This document shows, piece by piece, positions 17,570-28,205 of a stretch of 57,300 nt of DNA. Position 1 is the first letter of the stretch, and the number at the start of each line of letters is the position of its first letter. The DNA lies in the IMG/VR virus record IMGVR_UViG_3300017766_003164, positions 1-57,300 of that record. One strand, given 5' to 3'. This DNA comes from a virus. Lineage: Duplodnaviria; Caudoviricetes. Below the pieces are notes generated by a model that worked only from the letters and a program-made list of their open reading frames with translations, was not told the origin of the DNA and ran no database searches. Both the position numbers and the translations under genes were made by a program.

Positions 17570-18601
17570 ATGATTCGTTATGGTTATTGCTGTATTAATA
17601 CACAGCTTTCTAACGCTGGTATCCGTACCGGTCGTGCAATGATTGACCGCAAGTTTAAGATTGGCGGTTTGCAACTTGCTTCCGACATTGCACTTGCCAA
17701 TGCTCGCGATTTACTAACTATTCTGCAATGGAACGAACAACATGGTATTCGCTTGTTCCGTATTGGCTCCGAGATATTTCCTCGTTGGAATCATTATGAG
17801 TTACGTGACTTACCCGGCATTGATGAAATTACTCATCATCTGCGTATTGCAGGTGACTATGCACGTGCTCATGGTCATCGTCTTACAACACACCCTGGTC
17901 CATTTCATATCCTAGGTAGTCCCGATGACGTAGTTGTTGACAATTCTATTATCGGTCTTGAACGACATTCTGAGATGTTTGACCTTATGGGTTTTGCACC
18001 TAGCTTTGACAATCTTATCAATATTCATATAGGTGCTACTTACAATGATAAGCCTGGTACGGTTGCACGTTGGTTGTTTAACTATCATCGCTTATCAGAT
18101 TCTTGTCGTGCACGTTTAGTTGTTGAGAATGATGACAAGGCTTCTATGTATTCGGTGCGTGAGCTGTATGAGTATTTGCATGTTCCGACACGTATTCCTA
18201 TTACATTTGACTATTGGCATCACACTTTTAATACTGGTGACATATCCGAACAAGAAGCATTCTTCATGGCTCGCGACACTTGGGCTATTCATGGTGCCAC
18301 GCAATGTACTCATTACAGCGAGTCACGTCGACGCGAGAATCAACTTCTTATTGAGCGTATGTTTGAGCATCATGGTATTTCTTTAGACACTATCGAACAA
18401 TGGCCGACATTCCACAAACAATACAAGGAGTTTACCAAGATCAAAGAGCAAGCTCATGCCGACTTCATTACGCAGCTTCCGAATACATATGATGTTGATG
18501 CATTAGATATCGAGGTAGAAGCCAAGGCTAAGGAGTTAGCTTTATCGCAACTTAACATTACATGTTGTCAAGAAAATAATATACCACTGATTTTAGATTA
18601 A
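17570..18601 (+). CDS. uvsE: UV damage endonuclease UvsE/UVDE
   Basis: MIRYGYCCIN...GIRLFRIGSEIFP...RLTTHPG...INIHIG...RLVVENDD...ITFDYWHH...HYSES...AHADFI...EVEAKAKELA. ATG at 17570 preferred to TTG at 17528. Confidence 0.93.
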   Translation: MIRYGYCCINTQLSNAGIRTGRAMIDRKFKIGGLQLASDIALANARDLLTILQWNEQHGIRLFRIGSEIFPRWNHYELRDLPGIDEITHHLRIAGDYARAHGHRLTTHPGPFHILGSPDDVVVDNSIIGLERHSEMFDLMGFAPSFDNLINIHIGATYNDKPGTVARWLFNYHRLSDSCRARLVVENDDKASMYSVRELYEYLHVPTRIPITFDYWHHTFNTGDISEQEAFFMARDTWAIHGATQCTHYSESRRRENQLLIERMFEHHGISLDTIEQWPTFHKQYKEFTKIKEQAHADFITQLPNTYDVDALDIEVEAKAKELALSQLNITCCQENNIPLILD

Positions 18602-18646
18602 ATATATTTATATATAATAATAGTAATAATATAATAAAAGGAAGTT

Positions 18647-18838
18647 ATGCCAAAACCATTAAATTACCAAGCTGCAATTTTAAGTGATTTAGAAGATGCT
18701 AGAGAAGTTATTCGCCTATTAGGCAGATCAATTACAGAAAATATGATTGACAAACAATCAACACTAGATAACTTAGCACGAGCAATAAAAAAAATTGATT
18801 CAGCAAAACATCTTGTTAATCATCCAAATGCAGTGTAA
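18647..18838 (+). CDS. Small hypothetical protein
   Basis: 63-aa ORF; ATATTTAT at 18604-18611; AAGGA upstream. Confidence 0.7.
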   Translation: MPKPLNYQAAILSDLEDAREVIRLLGRSITENMIDKQSTLDNLARAIKKIDSAKHLVNHPNAV

Positions 18839-19003
18839 ATGAAATCATCTAAATCTTCACAACCACCAAAAGGTTACAAAAAAATGCAATGTAAATATTG
18901 CACTGAAATATGTCAACGTGTTGATGAAAAGGCAACGGCTATAACATGTTCAGAATGTGTATCAAAACTAGTCGCAGGCCAAGTTTTGGAAATACGTAAA
19001 TAA
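18839..19003 (+). CDS. 54-aa zinc-ribbon protein (not in ORF track)
   Basis: MKSSKSSQPPKGYKKMQCKYCTEICQRVDEKATAITCSECVSKLVAGQVLEIRK; two CxxC; starts right after the previous stop. Confidence 0.75.
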   Translation: MKSSKSSQPPKGYKKMQCKYCTEICQRVDEKATAITCSECVSKLVAGQVLEIRK

Positions 19004-19014
19004 TTCAATATAAT
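18986..19014 (+). promoter_or_regulatory. Putative early (host-sigma) promoter
   Basis: TTGGA-N18-TATAAT ending 5 nt before ATG 19020. Confidence 0.6.
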
Positions 19015-19019
19015 AAGTT

Positions 19020-19796
19020 ATGTTAGAAGCAGAAAAAATCAAATCAAATTGGGAACGCTATCGAGGATTGGTTAATCAATTCTTTCCTACTCGTAAAGAT
19101 GCATTAAATAAGATGTATGATGATTTCGAAGATCGAATGGCGTTAATGCCAGCATCTTCCATGGAACATTTTCATAATGCATTTGCCGGAGGTTATGTAG
19201 ACCACGTACTTCGAGTAATGGATTGTGCATTAACTTTGCATAATACATGGACAGTCTGTGGTGCTGATATGTCTGGTTATACTGAAGAAGAATTATTGTT
19301 TGCTGCAATGCATCATGATTTAGGTAAAGCTGGATTTCCAGGTGATGGTAATGAAGTATATCAAGTAGAAACTTCAGATTGGCATCGTAAGAATCAAGGT
19401 AAAATGTATAAATCAAATGCAAATATTCCATTCACAATGGTACCGGATTTATCAATTTGGTTGTTGCAAGAATATGGTGTTAAAATGTCTTGGAATGAGT
19501 ATCAAGCAATTAAGATTCATGATGGAATGTATGATGAAGCAAATAAACCGTATTTCGTTGCTAGATCACCTCAAGCTAAAATGAAAACAAATTTGCCAAT
19601 CCTTTTGCATCATGCAGATCATATGGCGTCTACTATTGAATATGAACGTTGGAGAAATGGTAAAACATCAGCTCCGGCTCCAGTTGCAGAAAAAAGCAAA
19701 ACACAAAAAAGCAATGGATTGAAAAATTTAGCAGAAAATAATCCTGCCGTTGAACAATCTTTGAACGATATTTTTAAAGCATTTAGCGAGGAATAA
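19020..19796 (+). CDS. HD-domain phosphohydrolase (YhaM-like)
   Basis: PASS..FHNAFAGGYVDHVLRV...AAMHHDLGKAG...IKIHDG...LLHHADHMAS. Confidence 0.88.
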   Translation: MLEAEKIKSNWERYRGLVNQFFPTRKDALNKMYDDFEDRMALMPASSMEHFHNAFAGGYVDHVLRVMDCALTLHNTWTVCGADMSGYTEEELLFAAMHHDLGKAGFPGDGNEVYQVETSDWHRKNQGKMYKSNANIPFTMVPDLSIWLLQEYGVKMSWNEYQAIKIHDGMYDEANKPYFVARSPQAKMKTNLPILLHHADHMASTIEYERWRNGKTSAPAPVAEKSKTQKSNGLKNLAENNPAVEQSLNDIFKAFSEE

Positions 19797-19797
19797 C

Positions 19798-20097
19798 ATG
19801 ACATTATTTTTTTCAATAACAACAATCATATTCTTGACAAGTACATCGTATTTTGCCAGACGTGCATTTATATTAGCTGGGTTGCTAGCAGATGAACAAG
19901 AATACATGGAACAATTAGAAGTTACAAATGCTTATATGTATTCAAAAATTGTTGAAGCTTATAATTCAATGAAACAAATTGACCGCTTAGGTGCATTTGA
20001 AGAAGATGATGAAGCAGGCACAACGTTTGCATTGTTAAAACAAACTATAGAAGAACTTAAAGAAACATTTGAAGATGGCCAGGAAGAAGAAAAGTAA
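19798..20097 (+). CDS. Hypothetical membrane-anchored protein
   Basis: Hydrophobic N-terminus; 99 aa. Confidence 0.75.
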   Translation: MTLFFSITTIIFLTSTSYFARRAFILAGLLADEQEYMEQLEVTNAYMYSKIVEAYNSMKQIDRLGAFEEDDEAGTTFALLKQTIEELKETFEDGQEEEK

Positions 20098-20773
20098 TAA
20101 TTATTTTACAAAGATAACTGATATGGCAATCTCTGCTTATAATCAGTCTCCAGAAAATGAAGCATTTCGCGAAAAAGTTTATCGCAGATTTATTTATCCT
20201 GCATTTCTAAAACTTTCGGAAAACATTATCAATAAAATTAAACCAGATTATATTGATTCTTCATTTGAAGACTTACAAACAGACTTAGTAACCTTTCTAA
20301 CAGCACGTTTAAACAAGTTTAATCCTAATGCTGGGAAAGCATATTCTTATTATACTAGAACTGCATTAAATTATATTATAGCAGAAAATCAAAAAGGATA
20401 TGCCAAAGTAAAAGCAGATACTTTAGAAATTGATATTGATGAACGTCGCAATGTTATAACGGAAATACACAATGCGGAAATGCGAGAAACGTTAGAATAT
20501 TTTATGGATGCATACATTGAATATTGTTATGACAATTTAAACTATATTTTTACAAATCCAACTGATATTCATGTTGCAGATTCAGTTTTACATATTTTTG
20601 AATCTCGCGAGAACATAGAAAATTTTAATAAAAAAGCTCTTTATATTTTTATCAGAGAACGTACGGGTTTAGAAACAACAAACATAACTCGAGTTATAAA
20701 AACTCTTAAAGAAATCTACGAAACCAAATTTAAAGAATACGAACGTACAGACTTCATAAAATTGCCTTTTTGA
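20075..20773 (+). CDS. Sigma-factor-like protein (T4 gp55-like late transcription factor)
   Basis: NYFT...FLKLSENII...DLQTDLVTFL...KFNPNAGKAYSYYTRTALNYII resembles sigma region 2 of gp55-like proteins; ATG at 20075. Confidence 0.7.
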   Translation: MARKKKSNNYFTKITDMAISAYNQSPENEAFREKVYRRFIYPAFLKLSENIINKIKPDYIDSSFEDLQTDLVTFLTARLNKFNPNAGKAYSYYTRTALNYIIAENQKGYAKVKADTLEIDIDERRNVITEIHNAEMRETLEYFMDAYIEYCYDNLNYIFTNPTDIHVADSVLHIFESRENIENFNKKALYIFIRERTGLETTNITRVIKTLKEIYETKFKEYERTDFIKLPF

Positions 20774-20798
20774 TATTTATATTAAAGGATTTTAAGTT

Positions 20799-21233
20799 AT
20801 GGACAAGAATGATGAACTATTCAAAGGAACTAGTTTTGCCGATTTAATGTCCGATGTATATCACAATTCTAAAAAGAAGGATAGGCAAATAAATCAACTT
20901 ATTGCTCAGTTGCAACCACTTATTAAAAATGCATCTGATGCTACTATCATTGTTCCTTTAATCAAAGAATATTTAGATGTTGCAGTTAAGAATGATGATC
21001 ATCTTGTAAAATTAACTGCAATTGTTCAGCGTTATATTTCGACTAAGCAAACTATTTCCGGCGCCGATGGATTAATCAGCGATGAAGAAAAACAGCAACT
21101 TATTCGAATAGCTGAACAAACTATGACTGCCGAACTTCGAGATGAATTAGAAGATATGAATAACGATCAAAAAGAACTAACTCAAAAAATACAAAATGTA
21201 ACAAGCAAGTTAGGAACTAAAACAAATGAATGA
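20799..21233 (+). CDS. Hypothetical helical protein
   Basis: 144-aa ORF; ATATTTAT at 20773-20780. Confidence 0.8.
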   Translation: MDKNDELFKGTSFADLMSDVYHNSKKKDRQINQLIAQLQPLIKNASDATIIVPLIKEYLDVAVKNDDHLVKLTAIVQRYISTKQTISGADGLISDEEKQQLIRIAEQTMTAELRDELEDMNNDQKELTQKIQNVTSKLGTKTNE

Positions 21234-22320
21234 TACGCATCATATACAATGGGATGTTGCAGAAGTATTAGAGTATGATTATACATATTCTTACATTTTT
21301 CCTGATGAAGGCAAAACTAATACTGATAATTTATTTGCACTAAAAGTTAAATCATGTAGTACACTGTTTAACAATAAATTTATTCTAGCTCGTCCTGCAA
21401 ATAATGCAATAAAACGTATTCCATTAGTTGGAGAGATGGTTTTAATTTATAAAACATTTAACGAACAATCAACTAAATATAAACGACGAGAAAGTTGGTA
21501 TTATGTTAGCACTGTAGATCTACAGGGTTCGCTTAATGAAAACATGTTACCAGGAATATCCGGAGAAAAAACTCAAGATGAAATTGATCGTACAAAACCA
21601 GGTCGTACATTTACACGTAAACCAGTAGCTCCATTACAGCCATATGAAGGCGATACATTAATCGAAGGACGTTTAGGAAATAGTATTCGTTTTGGAAGTA
21701 CTGTTAATATTTCTGTTACAGATAGAGTTGAGCCTAATGTATTATCTGAAAATAATACATTAGTTCCGACATATTATTACGTAGAACCTACATGGAAAAC
21801 TCCTAAATCTGCAGGCGGAACGGGTCCGGAGAATGAGTCAGCACAACCTATTATTGTATTATCGAATGGTCGAAAAGAATTACCAAATAAACAATTTATT
21901 GTTGAAAATCCAAATGTAGATGCATCTTCATTATATTTAACAAGCAATCAAGTTATTCCGTTATCGTTATCAAAACCAACAACGAAAAATAATTCATTTG
22001 AAGGTTCGCAATTTATTGGAGTAGGAGATAAAATTGTTTTGAGTGCTAAAACAGACGTTGTAGTATTAGATTCAAAAAAAGCAATTATATTAAATACTCC
22101 GGAGGAGGTACGTATTGGAGGTGATGATGCGGATGAACGTTTTGTTCACGGTGAAGTTTTAAAAGAAATTTTAGATAAGATCATATCACACTTATTATAT
22201 ACGCAAATAAAATGTGGAGATCTTACTGGAACTTTTTTAAATGATACAAATCTTAGAGCAGCTCAAAAAAAATTATATAGTGAATTAACTAGTAATAAAT
22301 ATTTTTTAAAGAAAACATAA
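21226..22320 (+). CDS. Putative baseplate hub/spike (gp5-like) protein
   Basis: IPLVGEMVLI (OB-fold-like), PYEGDTLIEGRLGNSIRFGST, beta-helix-like C-terminus; sits upstream of the gp25/gp6-like genes. Confidence 0.6.
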   Translation: MNDTHHIQWDVAEVLEYDYTYSYIFPDEGKTNTDNLFALKVKSCSTLFNNKFILARPANNAIKRIPLVGEMVLIYKTFNEQSTKYKRRESWYYVSTVDLQGSLNENMLPGISGEKTQDEIDRTKPGRTFTRKPVAPLQPYEGDTLIEGRLGNSIRFGSTVNISVTDRVEPNVLSENNTLVPTYYYVEPTWKTPKSAGGTGPENESAQPIIVLSNGRKELPNKQFIVENPNVDASSLYLTSNQVIPLSLSKPTTKNNSFEGSQFIGVGDKIVLSAKTDVVVLDSKKAIILNTPEEVRIGGDDADERFVHGEVLKEILDKIISHLLYTQIKCGDLTGTFLNDTNLRAAQKKLYSELTSNKYFLKKT

Positions 22321-22321
22321 T

Positions 22322-23191
22322 ATGCCAGCAGTATTTCCACCATTAGACCGTATACCTAATCTGCCTCCGCAGATTACAGATAAAGCTATTCAACAATTAA
22401 ATAAAATAGTCGATCGACTAGGAGATAAAGTTGTAACGGTTTCAAAAGATTCAGTTAAACTACCTGAAAAATGTAATTGTGATGATCCTAGAATCAAAAA
22501 AATCAAAAAAGAATTGCAAGATGTACAAAGTCTTGTAAATAAATTACAAACAGAAATACCGAAAATTCAACAAATTATTAATACATCAAAAACGGTTATT
22601 ACTGCAGCTAATGGTGTTAAAACTGCATTAGCAGCTGTTCAATTATCGATTCCGGCTACTGCAGGATTATTCGTTGCTATGTTGTTAAAAGATGTACAAG
22701 ATGCAACTATTAAAAATGCTATAGCATCGGTTAATCAATTGTCAAAAGTTCCACAATCATTAACTGCTCAACTAAATAAATTTACTCCTACTATTCAAGA
22801 AGCATTGAATAAAATTGGTTCAAGTTGTAACGGAGAAGTTCCTGCAATTAGTATACCGACTTCAACTTCTGATTCTGGTTCATTTGGAGATGGCGATAAT
22901 TTCGGAACAGATTTTGATTATAATGATTTGCTAGATTCAGAATTTTATCAAGAAATAAATGTATCACAAGAAGATTTAACAAAACGTTCGGAAGATATAC
23001 AAAGATTGATAGAACAACAACGAAGTTTATTAAACTTACAAGAAGCTCCGAGTCAAGTATACCAGCAAACAGGACGTCCTGCTTCTGATTTAGGTAAAAC
23101 AGGTGATTATTATATTGATACACAAAACTTAATGATATATGGCCCTAAGCCAACAGACACGGAATGGCCTGCAATGGGCGTAAATTACTAA
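22322..23191 (+). CDS. Hypothetical structural protein (coiled coil, fibre-associated C-terminal motif)
   Basis: C-terminal GRPASDLGKTGDYYIDT...IYGPK...W motif. Confidence 0.7.
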   Translation: MPAVFPPLDRIPNLPPQITDKAIQQLNKIVDRLGDKVVTVSKDSVKLPEKCNCDDPRIKKIKKELQDVQSLVNKLQTEIPKIQQIINTSKTVITAANGVKTALAAVQLSIPATAGLFVAMLLKDVQDATIKNAIASVNQLSKVPQSLTAQLNKFTPTIQEALNKIGSSCNGEVPAISIPTSTSDSGSFGDGDNFGTDFDYNDLLDSEFYQEINVSQEDLTKRSEDIQRLIEQQRSLLNLQEAPSQVYQQTGRPASDLGKTGDYYIDTQNLMIYGPKPTDTEWPAMGVNY

Positions 23192-23220
23192 TCGCAATAT
23201 TTATATAAAAAAAGATTCAT

Positions 23221-23706
23221 ATGGATTCAAAAACATTGATAAAAGCACTTAAACAAGCCGTACGCGATGTTATAAAAGAAGAGTTAACAGAAATTCTTCG
23301 TGAGGGGTTACAATCTACTATTAATGAGATGAAAACTACAAATACATCTAATGTACCAAATCGTAAAAATACATCGACCCCTGTGAAAAACAAAGTACAA
23401 TTTCAACGTACTGGTTTTGCAGATATTTTAAATGATACTCCTTCAATGAAGGAAGGTAGTCCTTCAGTTTCTAGTTTTTCAGAATTAATGTCTGAAAATT
23501 ATAGAGATATGAGTTTTACTTCTGCGGATGCACAAGGTTTTGGAATGATGCGACAAAATACAATGCCGATGCAATCAGCAGCACCGCAAGTAATGCATGA
23601 CCCGGAGACGGGTAAAACATTTGATGTAGATCCTGTTGTAGCAAAAGCATTGACTCGCGATTATTCAGGACTTATGAAAGCAATTGAAAAGAAAAAAGGT
23701 AAATAA
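23221..23706 (+). CDS. Hypothetical protein
   Basis: 161 aa; ATATTTAT at 23197-23204. Confidence 0.8.
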   Translation: MDSKTLIKALKQAVRDVIKEELTEILREGLQSTINEMKTTNTSNVPNRKNTSTPVKNKVQFQRTGFADILNDTPSMKEGSPSVSSFSELMSENYRDMSFTSADAQGFGMMRQNTMPMQSAAPQVMHDPETGKTFDVDPVVAKALTRDYSGLMKAIEKKKGK

Positions 23707-24128
23707 TGCCATATCAAGTAATTGAACCGTTAACTAATCCGGCAGAACTTATACCATTAGGTGTCGGTTTACAATCATTTACTCCAATTTATTTAACTAC
23801 AGATCAAGCATTTGAAAATTTAAAAACTTTACTATTAACTAGAAAAGGCGAACGTTATAATCAGCCAACATTTGGTACTGATTTATTAAATATTTTATTT
23901 GAACCAAATACTAACTTGATTAAACAAGCAATAAATGATATTATCAAACAACCGGTAGCTAAATGGCTATCGTATATTGATATTGAAGATATTAATATCG
24001 TAACATCTGAAGATGATCCGTTATTAAATTATAATGTTTTAATTACAATTTCTTTTTCAGTTGCACAATTTTCAACACAAACAATAACAATAGCCGTCGG
24101 TGATTCTGGCATAATAGAAGTAGCATAA
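23706..24128 (+). CDS. Baseplate wedge protein, gp25-like
   Basis: NLKTLLLTRKGERYNQPTFGTDLLNILFEP is the gp25/GpW motif. Confidence 0.88.
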   Translation: MPYQVIEPLTNPAELIPLGVGLQSFTPIYLTTDQAFENLKTLLLTRKGERYNQPTFGTDLLNILFEPNTNLIKQAINDIIKQPVAKWLSYIDIEDINIVTSEDDPLLNYNVLITISFSVAQFSTQTITIAVGDSGIIEVA

Positions 24129-24130
24129 TT

Positions 24131-26011
24131 ATGGAAATAAAAAAAGATGTTTCATATTTAGGTAAAGATTTTGGACAACTTCGAAGAAATTTAATTGAGT
24201 TTTCAAAACAATACTTTCCAAATACTTATAGCGATTTTAATGAATCGTCGCCTGGTATGATGTTTATGGAAATTGCTGCATACGTTGGCGATGTATTATC
24301 ATACTATGCTGATAATAATCTTAAAGAATCTTTATTAGAACAAGCATCGGAACGTGCAAATATTTATGATTTAGCTAAATCTTTAGGATATCGACCAAAA
24401 AATGTTGTCCCGGCATATGTTACATTAGATATATATCAATTAGTTCCAGCGATTGGATCTGGTTTAAATGTACGACCTGATTTTAATTATGCGTTGTCAA
24501 TTAAACCAGGAATGCGTGTAAAACAATCTGCCGGATCGGCAGTATTTAGAACTTTAGATTCTATAGATTTTAGTTATTCATCTTCAATTGATACAACAGA
24601 GGTTACTATATATGAATCAGACGAAACTACAAAATTACCAATTTATTATCTTTTGAAAAAACAAATACAAGCCGTATCCGGTGAAATAAAACGACAAACA
24701 TTTACCTTCGATAGCCCTATACCATATGATAAAATTGTATTGCCAGATTCGAATGTTATAGAAATTATTTCAGTGACCGAATCAGATGGCGATAATTGGT
24801 ATGAAGTTCCATTTTTAGCTCAAGATACTATATTTGAAGCTGTTCCGAATTTATTAGAAAATGATCCGGATTTATATCAATATCGTTCTTCAGCTCCAAG
24901 TTTACTTAAATTAAGGAAAACTGCAAAACGTTTTATTTCTCGATTACGAAGTGATAATAAATTAGAATTACAATTCGGAGCTGGAATTTCTGATAATAAT
25001 GATGAAGAAATAATTCCAAATCCTAGTAATGTAGGAAATGGATTAAGTGGTGTTAGAAGATTAGTCGACGTTGATATTGATCCATCAAATTTTTTATATA
25101 CTAGGACATATGGACAAGCTCCTGCAAATACAACGTTAACTGTAACATATACAGTAGGTAATGGTATTTCTGATAATGTTTCAATAAACGCATTAACTAA
25201 TGTAGATTTTGTTGAATATGATGAAGATATTAATTCTACAAATAACATTTCAATATTGAATTTCGTAAAAACAACGATTGCTGTTAATAATGCAGTACCT
25301 GCTGCAGGTGCTAAAACTGCAGATACATTGCAAGATATTAAAAATAACGCATTAGGTAATTTTGCTACACAGAATCGTTTAGTAACACGAGATGATTATA
25401 TTATACGTTCATATTCAATGCCACAAAAATTTGGAAGTGTTGCAAAAGCATATATCGTTCCTGATGATCAAATAGCACAATCAGATTTTCAACAAACCAG
25501 AATTGCAAATCCATTAGCAATGAATATGTATGTTTTAGGTTTTAATCAATCTAAACAATTGGTTGCACTCAATGATGCAATCAAAGAAAATCTAAAAACA
25601 TATTTAGGTTATTATCGCATATTAACCGATGCAATTAATATTAAAGATGCATTTATTATTAATATCGGAATTGATTTTGAAATTTCAGTTTTATCAAATT
25701 ATAATAGCAATGAAACGTTATTGAAATGTGTTGATGCAGTACGTTCAATGTTCGATGTAGATAAATGGCAAATAAATCAACCCATTATTAAATCAGATGT
25801 AACTACAACGTTAGCTAACATAAAAGGCGTTCAAAGCGTTGTAGGAGTTAAATTTAAAAATTTATTTGATACCGACTTTAGTTATTCTGGTAATGTTTAT
25901 GATTTAGATACAGCCACGCGTAATGGTGTAATTTATCCATCATTAGATCCTAGTATTTTTGAAATTAAATTTCCAAATCAAGATATTCGCGGAAGAGTGG
26001 TAAGTTATTAG
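24131..26011 (+). CDS. Baseplate wedge protein, gp6/Baseplate-J-like
   Basis: KDFGQLRRNL...DFNESSPG...AYVGDVLSYY...LAKSLGYRP...LQFG...QNRLVTRDDY. Confidence 0.88.
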   Translation: MEIKKDVSYLGKDFGQLRRNLIEFSKQYFPNTYSDFNESSPGMMFMEIAAYVGDVLSYYADNNLKESLLEQASERANIYDLAKSLGYRPKNVVPAYVTLDIYQLVPAIGSGLNVRPDFNYALSIKPGMRVKQSAGSAVFRTLDSIDFSYSSSIDTTEVTIYESDETTKLPIYYLLKKQIQAVSGEIKRQTFTFDSPIPYDKIVLPDSNVIEIISVTESDGDNWYEVPFLAQDTIFEAVPNLLENDPDLYQYRSSAPSLLKLRKTAKRFISRLRSDNKLELQFGAGISDNNDEEIIPNPSNVGNGLSGVRRLVDVDIDPSNFLYTRTYGQAPANTTLTVTYTVGNGISDNVSINALTNVDFVEYDEDINSTNNISILNFVKTTIAVNNAVPAAGAKTADTLQDIKNNALGNFATQNRLVTRDDYIIRSYSMPQKFGSVAKAYIVPDDQIAQSDFQQTRIANPLAMNMYVLGFNQSKQLVALNDAIKENLKTYLGYYRILTDAINIKDAFIINIGIDFEISVLSNYNSNETLLKCVDAVRSMFDVDKWQINQPIIKSDVTTTLANIKGVQSVVGVKFKNLFDTDFSYSGNVYDLDTATRNGVIYPSLDPSIFEIKFPNQDIRGRVVSY

Positions 26012-26040
26012 TTCTAGTATATTTATACTAAAAGTATATT

Positions 26041-27177
26041 ATGTTTAGAATATTTTATCCAGAGTCTGATGCTACAGTATACGAAGGATTGGAAACTACT
26101 AATACTGGTTTAGATGAGATTTTAGAAATTGGTAAACGTCTAGGTACCGATGGTGAGACTTTACAAAAATCTAGAGCTTTAGTAAAATTTGATAAAACAG
26201 AAATTACTGATACGCTATCAAAATATAGTATCAACGTAAACTCTTGTAAATTCGTATTGCAACTTTATACTAGTTATGCAAAAAATCTTCCGGCTCAATA
26301 TACATTAGAATCAAAAATAGTTGCACAACCATGGACTAATGGAACGGGTTTCTTAAATTCCAATCCTGTTATTTCAAATGGTATTACATGGGCTACTCCG
26401 TTCGCATCTTGGTCATTAGACTCACAAACCGGTGCATTATGGATTTCTAGTTCACAACAAATTGATTTAGGAACATCTGGAATTAGAGTTTCTGGCTCAG
26501 GTGCCGGCGGTAGTTGGTTATATAGTACGGGTAGCACATCATTTTCTAGTTCATATGAGTATTCATATCAAACTACAGATTTAACATTAGATGTTTCTGA
26601 CTTAGTTTTAAAATTAATTAGTGGAAGTAATAGTCAATCAATTGATAATAACGGATTCATACTTAAATTTTCAGATGCAGACGAAGCTGATCCTAACGTA
26701 ACTGGATATATTAACTTTTTTAGTAGAGAAACTCATACCATATACGTTCCTAAATTAACCATGTATTGGGATGATTCTTCATATACATCTGGATCATTAG
26801 TTGCTGCAGATTTAGATTCATATACAGTATATACAAAATTAAAACCAGAGTATAAAGATACTGAAATAGTTCGTATGAGAATTTATGCTCGAGATAAATA
26901 TCCACAAAAATCTCCAACAAATTTATTTCCAATACAAACAGTTAAACGATTGCCAGCAACAACCTATTATGCAATACGAGATGCAGCTACAGATGAATAC
27001 ATAATTCCATATGATAATATTTATACTAAAGTAAGTTGCGATAGTACTAGTAATTTTATTTATGTTGATATGAATGGCTTAATGCCAGAACGATATTATC
27101 GTTTAGAATTCAAAATTGTAAGTGGATTTACGGAACAATATATTGATGACGAAATTTATTTTAAAGTAGTTAGATAA
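26041..27177 (+). CDS. Virion structural protein (DNRLRE/CBM96-like beta domain)
   Basis: SDATVYE...NTGLDEILEI...SRALVKFD...W..GTG...NNGFILK...FFSRE...PKL; ATATTTAT at 26019-26026. Confidence 0.6.
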   Translation: MFRIFYPESDATVYEGLETTNTGLDEILEIGKRLGTDGETLQKSRALVKFDKTEITDTLSKYSINVNSCKFVLQLYTSYAKNLPAQYTLESKIVAQPWTNGTGFLNSNPVISNGITWATPFASWSLDSQTGALWISSSQQIDLGTSGIRVSGSGAGGSWLYSTGSTSFSSSYEYSYQTTDLTLDVSDLVLKLISGSNSQSIDNNGFILKFSDADEADPNVTGYINFFSRETHTIYVPKLTMYWDDSSYTSGSLVAADLDSYTVYTKLKPEYKDTEIVRMRIYARDKYPQKSPTNLFPIQTVKRLPATTYYAIRDAATDEYIIPYDNIYTKVSCDSTSNFIYVDMNGLMPERYYRLEFKIVSGFTEQYIDDEIYFKVVR

Positions 27178-28205
27178 TGGAAAAATCAAATTTAATGATT
27201 TCAAAACCAATTAAAGAAAATAATTTTGTATTAAATAATGCAAAATTAGATTCAAATAAAACGGCATTTTCTAGTACATACCAAAGCAAAGGGATTACTT
27301 ATAGATCAAATGATCCAGCAGTGGTACAACGAGATGAAGCTGGCAATGTTATTCTTTTAGAAGGAGAAAAAAATCAATTATTACGTATTGAGCCAATTGC
27401 TACTAACATAACTACAACTTCAATGTTGAAAGTTTTAGATACCCAATTTACATATTTTAAATTTCCTACTACATATCCAATTGAAACTACATTGGATTTA
27501 GATTTAGATATTGACATTAATTTAGATCAAGATTTGAATTTAGAATTAAAATTACCAGTTGCAACTGATCCTAAGAATCAGCCAAATCCATGGGATAGAA
27601 TTAATACGTCATATGAAAGTGATTGGTTTTATGGAGATATTTTATCTTCCGGATTTAGAGAATTGCCATTTACGGGAGGAACTCAGCCTAGAGTTAATGC
27701 ATATACTTTAACTAAATCTACAATTGATGAATTACGGCGTTTAGATAAAACTTTAAAATTCACAATACAAACACAATATGTATCAACTTTTACAGAAGGC
27801 AATACGGGATTTTCATTACAATTGAATCGTGGAAATATAAAATCATATAGACCATGGCTATTTCCAATACCAGAAATACGAACATTAGCAACTCCGACAA
27901 GTGCATATCCGGTATTAGGTTTCGAATTTATTGTAAATGCCGATGACTTAGTTGAAGATGATTTTTATACACTTAATGTAGTTTCCGGTAATCCTGCTTA
28001 TTCATTAAATGATGCAGCATATTGGAAAATAGAAGTAGTAGACATTCCTGATACGCCGCCATTATTTGGTATAAATGACATATCTGGTGTATATGATATA
28101 CAAGGTGGTGGAGAAACTGTAACATTATATTCAATTGCAGATGTTCAAACAGAAATAGGAAGTAAAATACCTGGTACGGAACAATTTATATTTAGAAGTA
28201 ATTAA
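27177..28205 (+). CDS. Hypothetical structural protein
   Basis: 342 aa, TAATG-coupled within the baseplate block. Confidence 0.75.
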   Translation: MEKSNLMISKPIKENNFVLNNAKLDSNKTAFSSTYQSKGITYRSNDPAVVQRDEAGNVILLEGEKNQLLRIEPIATNITTTSMLKVLDTQFTYFKFPTTYPIETTLDLDLDIDINLDQDLNLELKLPVATDPKNQPNPWDRINTSYESDWFYGDILSSGFRELPFTGGTQPRVNAYTLTKSTIDELRRLDKTLKFTIQTQYVSTFTEGNTGFSLQLNRGNIKSYRPWLFPIPEIRTLATPTSAYPVLGFEFIVNADDLVEDDFYTLNVVSGNPAYSLNDAAYWKIEVVDIPDTPPLFGINDISGVYDIQGGGETVTLYSIADVQTEIGSKIPGTEQFIFRSN

